From a virus (Duplodnaviria; Caudoviricetes), in the IMG/VR virus record IMGVR_UViG_3300032236_001008, positions 1 through 59,077 of that record: 59,077 nucleotides of DNA; one strand, given 5' to 3'. The notes under the pieces were generated by a model. That model ran no database searches. It had not been told where the DNA came from and saw only the letters and a list, made by a program, of their open reading frames with translations. The position numbers were made by a program, and so were the translations under genes. Shown here one piece after another: positions 48,767-55,371 of this stretch. Position 1 is the first letter of the stretch; every line of letters begins with the position of its first letter.

Positions 48767-48952
48767 TTACTCATGGTGTTTAAACTCCCTTATCCAATCA
48801 ATGTAAACTTTATCAAGATCAAGCCATTGTGCCATTCGTTTTCTGTTGGGTTTATCAATGGGGTAAATCAATAGAATCTCATTACCTACTCGTTTTAAGT
48901 AGTAATAAAATTCGGGCTTGTCGGGCTTGCGATATAACTTAATCACTTGCAT
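48767..48952 (-). CDS. Small early protein
   Basis: 61 aa; start adjacent to GTTTAAAC. Confidence 0.45.
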   Translation of the reverse strand: MQVIKLYRKPDKPEFYYYLKRVGNEILLIYPIDKPNRKRMAQWLDLDKVYIDWIREFKHHE

Positions 48953-49249
48953 TGTTTAAACACCCTCTAAATATTTAATGTTGGTGATTGTGGTGCTATG
49001 CGTATCAGGAAAGCGGATAGTAGCCCACTCCCCTGATATGCTCACGATCTCAACAAGATCAAGCCCGCACCACATGGCTAGATCGCCCCTACTCATGGTT
49101 TTCACCCAATACAAACCCGAGGGTAAAGCAAGCCAACACAAGCCCAACAACTGCCCACAAAGGGGTTTGTTCTATAACTGCCTGAATACATAAAACGGCT
49201 AATGTGATGATAATAGATAAAATGCCTACGAATAAATTGTTCATGTTGT

Positions 49250-49492
49250 TTAAACACTCCCTAAAAGATTGTCAAAATATGTTTGTGGTTGTTCGGTTGC
49301 CTTTGCACCATCTAGCCATTTATTGATATGGCGGGAGGTTGTCATACTCCATTTTTTAGCGGTGCGGTTAAATGAATAAGTGCCTTTATCAAAACTTGCG
49401 ACAGGTGTTGCATAGCTAAACAATACAATGTGTTTAGGGGTTTCTAATAGGGTCATATTAGAGGCGATAGGTTTTACTGATAAGTTTGTCAT
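49250..49492 (-). CDS. Early phage protein
   Basis: VLFSYATPVA..KWSMTTSRHINKWL motif. Confidence 0.6.
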   Translation of the reverse strand: MTNLSVKPIASNMTLLETPKHIVLFSYATPVASFDKGTYSFNRTAKKWSMTTSRHINKWLDGAKATEQPQTYFDNLLGSV

Positions 49493-49540
49493 AATGTTTT
49501 TTCCTTGTTTAAACAAGGGGGCGGGATTGCCCCCTTATGG

Positions 49541-49744
49541 TTAGATTGTTGGTTTGCCTAGCATCTGTGCCAATTCATTGTAAACAGATTCTCTAGTGCC
49601 TTTCAAGCCCAATTCCTTTTTGATTAGGCTATACATGGTCATGCCCCGAGATACTTTTAAGCCCTTAATTTCAAGCCCTAAGCCCCGCAAAATGGTCATG
49701 TAGCGGAATTGGTTTATCTGTGTTGGGTTGGTGATCATTGTCAT
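49541..49744 (-). CDS. Early phage protein
   Basis: LGLEIKGLKVSRG..YSLIKKELGLKG. Confidence 0.55.
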   Translation of the reverse strand: MTMITNPTQINQFRYMTILRGLGLEIKGLKVSRGMTMYSLIKKELGLKGTRESVYNELAQMLGKPTI

Positions 49745-49746
49745 GT

Positions 49747-50103
49747 TTAAACACTCCATTCGTTGATTGGGTATTGATCGGGATTGGCGAGGGTTAGCCC
49801 CTCAATGGCGGGTATGTTAGTGCCGATATGGTTATCATAAAACGAACCCCTCGGGGATTGATACACAATGGCATCACGATACACAATGCCCTTACTATCA
49901 CCTAGCACAAATCGCCCTGATAGTTTGCCTTTGCTTGCTTGGGTGTCGCTAGATGTTGCACCCGATCTAAAGTGCATCTTTGCATTGGCTTTGTCGCTAT
50001 CAAAATGCCAATATGGTTTGTAGGCAAACATCGCAACATTGGCGGGCTTGCCATCGCTACACAATACAGTCTTAGCGGTGATTCTATATACATATGTTCC
50101 CAT
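49747..50103 (-). CDS. Early hypothetical protein
   Basis: 118 aa, AAGGA RBS. Confidence 0.55.
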   Translation of the reverse strand: MGTYVYRITAKTVLCSDGKPANVAMFAYKPYWHFDSDKANAKMHFRSGATSSDTQASKGKLSGRFVLGDSKGIVYRDAIVYQSPRGSFYDNHIGTNIPAIEGLTLANPDQYPINEWSV

Positions 50104-50157
50104 TGTTCTATTTCCTTTGTAGGTTAGTGATCAATTAAGTGGAATATCCACACTCAA

Positions 50158-50186
50158 ATTAGATCAAATTCGGGTGGGTGTGTAAA
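50158..50186 (-). promoter_or_regulatory. Host sigma70-type early promoter
   Basis: TTTACA-17-TCTAAT with TG extension, followed by GTGGA-TAT-TCCAC palindrome. Confidence 0.55.
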
Positions 50187-50397
50187 GCGATTCTTTATAT
50201 CTATTAGTAATAAAACAACGGGCTTTTATACTAAGGGTTTACCCTCGAAAATCGAGATCGTGTATGGTCTAACCCTAACCCACACACTCGCCACGAAAGA
50301 GGCTAAAAAGGGGCTTAAAATGGCTCTAAATTGATTGGGGTATTATGGCGGGTTGGTGGATTTTGGCGGGGTGGTTGTTTAAACATATGAGAGGGGC

Positions 50398-50427
50398 AAA
50401 AAAAAAATCGGGGCATAAAGCCCCGAT
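50398..50427 (-). terminator. Rho-independent terminator
   Basis: ATCGGGGC-TTTAT-GCCCCGAT followed by a long U-run on the minus strand. Confidence 0.7.
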
Positions 50428-50684
50428 CTGTTTAACCCTTGCGGGCTAGATTCGCACTTGTGCGATTATGGTCATACCCTCTAGGTATTGAGCAAACTCT
50501 TTAGCACTCTTTAGAGTTTTAAACTCATAAACTTTATGGGCGGTTTTGATTGTGTATTTATATTTAGGTTTCGCCCTTGCCTTGAGGGTTTTAGCACTTG
50601 GGAACATATCGGTATGTTTTAACATGGTTTATTTTCCTTTGGTAGTTTAAACATGGGGGCGGTTTGCCCCCTTGCGGGGTTGGC

Positions 50685-51311
50685 TTATTCCTCGCCCTCA
50701 TCTTTGCCCTCGAGGGGTAGAAAATCGTGGGTCATATCGCCATGACCTAGCGGGCATCGTGGTGTTGCAAGTTTTAGCCACTTGCTAGATATCCGCATGG
50801 TGTAGCCACAAGCATAGCAATCACACTTGTGTAAGCGGGTGGATTGCTTTCTCATGTTTACCTGTAATGATTCATGGGGATATTCACCCGCCTCGCTAAC
50901 CCATTGGGCTAGTAATACTTTGAGGGATTCACTAGCATTGGTGCTAGTGGGTTTGCCCTCTAATCCAACAGCATAGGCACAATTCTCAAATACCTTGCCA
51001 TGACCCTCGTTTAAACCTACTGTCGCATGGCATAGCTCATGGATAAGGGTGTCTAATACTTCGATACTATTGGATTCGTTAGGCACGATCACGATTTCAA
51101 AATTGCGGTGATTGCCTTGTGAATCGGTATTGCTCATACATTGACCCGCTACGAATCGTTTTTGACCCTTGCGTTTAAATGCCCCTTTAGTGCTAAATGA
51201 ACATGAGAATTTAATATCCTCGGGGATTGTGTAGCCCTTAGATTCAAACATGGGCTTAATGAATTGCTCAGTCATATGGTTGAGCCATGATTCTCTATTA
51301 AGTAATTGCAT
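50685..51311 (-). CDS. SprT-like zinc metalloprotease with C-terminal Zn ribbon
   Basis: LIHELCH..GHGKVF; CxCxxC..CPxGH. Confidence 0.75.
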   Translation of the reverse strand: MQLLNRESWLNHMTEQFIKPMFESKGYTIPEDIKFSCSFSTKGAFKRKGQKRFVAGQCMSNTDSQGNHRNFEIVIVPNESNSIEVLDTLIHELCHATVGLNEGHGKVFENCAYAVGLEGKPTSTNASESLKVLLAQWVSEAGEYPHESLQVNMRKQSTRLHKCDCYACGYTMRISSKWLKLATPRCPLGHGDMTHDFLPLEGKDEGEE

Positions 51312-51627
51312 GGTGTTCTATTCCTATCTATTAGTGGTTAGTAATCATGTGGAAAATCCACACCTAATACTCTCATGGTTTAAACAACATTAGGATAGGG
51401 ATATACCCTTAAGGGTTTACCCTATTAGGGTTTACCCTCGAAAATCGAGATCGCAACCCCTCCGATACCTATACCCCATCGGGGGCGAAAACGGCTAAAA
51501 AGCCCCTTAAAACGATTCCTATTGGATTCTCATAATGTGGAATGGCTAGGGGTGCGGGCTTGCGTAATAACCCTATAAACTAAAGGGATAAACCCTCACA
51601 CCCTCGCACCCGCATAGCCCTATCACC

Positions 51628-51822
51628 TATGTTGCACCGCACCATATAACCACATTGGCATTATGGTTATGTTGCACCGCACCATATTGCCCGCCCTGTT
51701 TAAACACCCACCCATATAACCATATTGGCATTGTGGTTATTATGTTGCACCGCACAATGGCGTATCGGATATGTTGCACCGCACAAAGACCTTACTGCCA
51801 TTGTGGTTATGTTGCACCGCAC
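51628..51822. repeat. 5 x TATGTTGCACCGCAC direct repeats
   Basis: Copies at 51628, 51668, 51741, 51770 and 51808; irregular spacers. Confidence 0.9.
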
Positions 51823-51982
51823 CATGCGTTTCACATTATGAGATTAGATTCCACAATGCGGAATAGGGGGCTTAACTTGTGAGGCGATACCCCTTTATGC
51901 AGACCCCCACCCCCCTCGGCCCGGGGGCCCCACAAAGCTCAAGTTTTTATAAAACCGCATTTTTAAAATTTTTTTGTAAAAA

Positions 51983-52368
51983 TTGTCAGGGTTGTCAGGG
52001 TTTGCTTTTTAAATTGTCAGGGTTTAATTTTTGCATTTTGTAAAATTTTTTTGTAAATTTTTTAAATAAATCAATAACTTACAAGCGCAATTAACCTACA
52101 CCCCTGATTCCGCCGTGAAAGTGTTTGATCTTATTAGATAAAGTGTTAAAATTGTCAGGGTAGTATGGGTAGTACCCCTCTATATCACTTTATTTTAAAA
52201 TTTTAAAAAATAAAAAATAAATATTATGGAGTAAGTACGTTTAGACCCTGACAACCCATACTACCCTGACAATTGGTTGCTAAGTTGTTGATTCATATAG
52301 GGCCAAATAAGAATTATTCTCAATAAAGTGCTAAAACCAAACCCTGACAACCCATACTACCCTGACAA
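51983..52368. repeat. Origin-like element 2 (iterons, AT core, two IHF sites)
   Basis: 36-bp and 32-bp blocks identical to element 1 with the same 94-bp offset; IHF consensus at 52069-52081 and 52281-52293. Confidence 0.7.
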
Positions 52369-52380
52369 TTTTGGGTCATG

Positions 52381-52411
52381 GGGCGTAAAACCCCCAGTTT
52401 TTGCATTAGTA
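52381..52411 (+). promoter_or_regulatory. Phage promoter GGGCG-N16-TGCATTAGTA
   Basis: Exact motif; ATG 5 nt downstream. Confidence 0.75.
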
Positions 52412-52416
52412 AGTCT

Positions 52417-52722
52417 ATGAATGATTACGCATATCAAATCAAAGGAGCGTTGGAAAACGCTCAGGGCCAATTCATTGGTCTGCGAGTATTGGTTTGTGAC
52501 ATCAATAACTTTGAAATCGTGGATGTACCGGTGGAAGTCTTGGATAAAGAGACCACCAAGTATTTGCAATACCGCCTCAAAGTTACAGACGTGATAGATA
52601 TCCAGCGCTTACCTATCCCTGTTCAGAACAGAATACGCGCTCCGTTAGGGAGATGGCTCGACTACTGGGTCGTAAAAAACTTTTATGGCAATTCTATCGA
52701 ACGAAAAAGTACTAACTCTTGA
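52417..52722 (+). CDS. Hypothetical protein (probably leaderless)
   Basis: MNDYAYQIKG..; ATG directly after the promoter. Confidence 0.55.
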   Translation: MNDYAYQIKGALENAQGQFIGLRVLVCDINNFEIVDVPVEVLDKETTKYLQYRLKVTDVIDIQRLPIPVQNRIRAPLGRWLDYWVVKNFYGNSIERKSTNS

Positions 52723-53629
52723 TTATTGGAAACCTGCATCTAAACTGCAAGTAGGCGATTACGTATTTGACCAGTCCGGCACCCCGGTCCAAATTAAACT
52801 GGTTCAAGAGTATCGCGCCCAATCTTGCTATGAGGTAACGTTTAATGATCACCTGCGCATATCAGGAGACGATAAGCTGGGTTTTCTTATGGAAACTCCA
52901 AAGTATCGCAAAAGAACATACGAATATAAACGTGTCCAGCCATTTAGGCGCCCGTTAAAACCATTTACTGTATCCCAGTTAGACTTACTGGAACTTAGGG
53001 ACCACAGAAAAAGGTTAATATTTTCCATACCCACTGCTAAACCATTAGCACTCCCCCACCAAGATTTACCGATACCACCATTTATCTTTGGTCTTTGGTT
53101 TTTTAATAGAAAACCATTAAACCAATCTGACTTTATTGTTGATAAGTTTAAAGATTATGGGTATAAGATTGACAAGAATGGCAATATAACGCCATCTATT
53201 ACCCAGCAGCTGGCACCCAATATCCCAACAACCATTCCGTCAAACTATTTACTAGCTTCCCCGGAGCAACGTACGGAATTATTGTCTGGCATACTGCATT
53301 CTAAGTCACGCCAATATCATGCCAAAGACGATAGATTTAGATTTTCTTCTAGCCACTATGGTACAATACTACAGATACAAGGATTAGTTGAATCATTAGG
53401 ACACAGATCAAGATTATCGTTTGATGAAACGTACAAGTATTACACCATTTCGTTTAAATCACGTACCAAATTAATGGAAGAGCAAAAGTCTCCGCCAATT
53501 AAGGTACACCAAGCTCGCCGATACGTAACCAAGATTGATTCCATACCAAATCAATCTTGCATACACATTGAAACTAATGGCAAAGACAACACGATTCTTG
53601 TAGGAGAAGGATTTATAGCATGCCGTTAA
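52685..53629 (+). CDS. Free-standing intein-like protein (Hint plus degenerate LAGLIDADG)
   Basis: Block A-like AILSNEKVLT..LQVGDYVFDQSG; IPSNYLLASPEQRTELLSGIL; block F/G-like CIHIE..LVGEGFIACR. Confidence 0.7.
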   Translation: MAILSNEKVLTLDYWKPASKLQVGDYVFDQSGTPVQIKLVQEYRAQSCYEVTFNDHLRISGDDKLGFLMETPKYRKRTYEYKRVQPFRRPLKPFTVSQLDLLELRDHRKRLIFSIPTAKPLALPHQDLPIPPFIFGLWFFNRKPLNQSDFIVDKFKDYGYKIDKNGNITPSITQQLAPNIPTTIPSNYLLASPEQRTELLSGILHSKSRQYHAKDDRFRFSSSHYGTILQIQGLVESLGHRSRLSFDETYKYYTISFKSRTKLMEEQKSPPIKVHQARRYVTKIDSIPNQSCIHIETNGKDNTILVGEGFIACR

Positions 53630-55065
53630 CAGATAAACAACAAGCAACATTAGAAAAATTTGCTGCTGTCAACAAACATTGGCCTAAACAACAACTAGAA
53701 GCCGCAATATGGCAAGTAAAATGGGCGCTACAAGCCCTACCACACCAACAGGAGCCAGAAGATGGCGAATATGATACCTTTCTTATGCTTGCCGGTCGTG
53801 GATCGGGTAAGACGCATACTGCCAGCCATTGGATTGGCATTCGCGCTTGGCGTTATGACAATACCCGCTGGCTCGTCACTGCCCCCACTTCCAACGACAT
53901 ACGAGCAACTTGTTTTGAAGGAGACTCTGGACTCCTTAACATCATCCCAAAGTCCCTTATTAGGGATTACAACAAATCCTTATTTGAAATCACCCTTACA
54001 AACGGCTCCCTCATCCAAGGAATCCCAGGCTCAGAGCCAGAACGTTACCGCGGTAAACAATACCACGGCGCATGGTTCGACGAGCTGTGCGCTTTTGACT
54101 ACATCGATGATGCGTATGATGGTGTTCAGTTCACGTTGCGTCTTAGAGACCCTAGAATCCCAAGAGTCCAACAGATTATTACAACAACGCCAAAGCCAAA
54201 AGAGCTCATCGTCGACCTTAACGAAGGAAAAATCGGCGGGGACGTCTATGTGGCCAATGCGTCCTCCTACGACAACCGTGCCAACCTCTCAGAAACGTTT
54301 TTCAAACAATTAGAAACGTACGATGGCACCGACATTGGTAGGCAGGAGATCTATGGCGAGATTCTTGACCCAGAGCAAGCTGGTATTATCAAGCGTAAGC
54401 AGTTTCGTTTATGGCCGGCCAATAAGCCAACGCCAAATCTAGAATACATTATTGCCTCGTACGACCCCGCTACCTCAGAAAAAACCATGAACGACCCAAC
54501 GGCATGCACAATATGGGGCGTGTTTGAACAAACCGACGCTGGTACAGCCATTATCCTTTTGGATGCATGGGACGCGCATTTGTCATACCCAGAGCTACGC
54601 CGCAAAGTTATTGAAGATTTTAAAGAAGTTGTGTACGGCGCCGATAATGACTTTGGTAAAGGCCGTAAAGCAGACCTAATTCTCATGGAAGATAAGTCTG
54701 CTGGTATTTCTCTCATACAAGAGCTGCAAGGTGCTGGTGTACCGGTGCGTGGGTACAACCCAGGGCGCGCAGATAAGGTCCAGCGTTTAAACATTGTGGC
54801 ACCATTAGTTGCTAAAGGTAAAGTATGGATACCAGAAGATAGCAAAATAAAAGGTGAGTTTGCCGATTGGGCAAAAAGGTTCCTAAGACAAGTATGTTCG
54901 TTTCCAGAAGCCGGAGGGCATGATGATTATGTAGACTCTTTGTCACAAGCGCTACGTGTTTTGCGTGATTCTGGATGGATACAGCTTGATTATCTGCCAG
55001 CAAGGGATTATAGTTATGCAGATGATGATTATGGCAAGAAGTTTACCAATCCGTACGCCCAGTAG
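53620..55065 (+). CDS. terL: Terminase large subunit
   Basis: AGRGSGKT Walker A, AWFDE Walker B, TTTP, SYDPA and HDDYVDS nuclease motifs. Confidence 0.93.
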   Translation: MPLTDKQQATLEKFAAVNKHWPKQQLEAAIWQVKWALQALPHQQEPEDGEYDTFLMLAGRGSGKTHTASHWIGIRAWRYDNTRWLVTAPTSNDIRATCFEGDSGLLNIIPKSLIRDYNKSLFEITLTNGSLIQGIPGSEPERYRGKQYHGAWFDELCAFDYIDDAYDGVQFTLRLRDPRIPRVQQIITTTPKPKELIVDLNEGKIGGDVYVANASSYDNRANLSETFFKQLETYDGTDIGRQEIYGEILDPEQAGIIKRKQFRLWPANKPTPNLEYIIASYDPATSEKTMNDPTACTIWGVFEQTDAGTAIILLDAWDAHLSYPELRRKVIEDFKEVVYGADNDFGKGRKADLILMEDKSAGISLIQELQGAGVPVRGYNPGRADKVQRLNIVAPLVAKGKVWIPEDSKIKGEFADWAKRFLRQVCSFPEAGGHDDYVDSLSQALRVLRDSGWIQLDYLPARDYSYADDDYGKKFTNPYAQ

Positions 55066-55095
55066 GGCGGAATGTCTTATATTTGTGCATTAGTA
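55065..55095 (+). promoter_or_regulatory. Phage promoter GGGCG-N16-TGCATTAGTA
   Basis: Exact motif; ATG 5 nt downstream. Confidence 0.75.
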
Positions 55096-55100
55096 GTATT

Positions 55101-55367
55101 ATGGACTTATTAAAAACTCCCCATCAAATGCTGTTAGAAGAGGCAGGCGCAACCCCTCAATCTGACGGCCTGCTAAAAACTCCTAAACAAATGCTGTTTG
55201 AGGAGTCTGGTATGTTACCGCACTATGCAGCCGGCCATACTGTAAAACAACTTAGCCCAAAAGAAATGCAAGCGGCGCTAGTTGCGCATGAATTAAGACA
55301 AAAATATGCCCAAGGGGGCGAGGTTCACCCAACCCTAGCAGCGGCTTTCAACAAAATTTTCAGTTAA
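55101..55367 (+). CDS. Small protein with internal LLKTPxQML repeat
   Basis: 88 aa from the ATG at 55101; YAQGGEV motif. Confidence 0.5.
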   Translation: MDLLKTPHQMLLEEAGATPQSDGLLKTPKQMLFEESGMLPHYAAGHTVKQLSPKEMQAALVAHELRQKYAQGGEVHPTLAAAFNKIFS

Positions 55368-55371
55368 AAAT

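Larger units (their letters stand above)
42685..51705. repeat. Dispersed GTTTAAAC palindrome field (~34 copies)
   Basis: Counted by eye; only about 10 copies in the other 50 kb. Confidence 0.9.

Noticed and set aside
51628-51822. Possible mini-CRISPR array
   Set aside because: Repeat is only 15 bp, spacers are 14-58 bp and partly repeat each other, and there are no cas genes. The DUF2800 nuclease is a normal phage replication gene.
40948-52368. Transposon or integrated island bounded by 31-bp terminal inverted repeats
   Set aside because: No transposase or integrase inside, each end is itself an internally symmetric iteron cluster, and the content is typical phage early genes.
53620-55065. 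Intein inside TerL or a frameshifted intein-TerL fusion
   Set aside because: TerL is continuous and of normal length. The intein-like ORF is in another frame with its own stop and has no N-extein.
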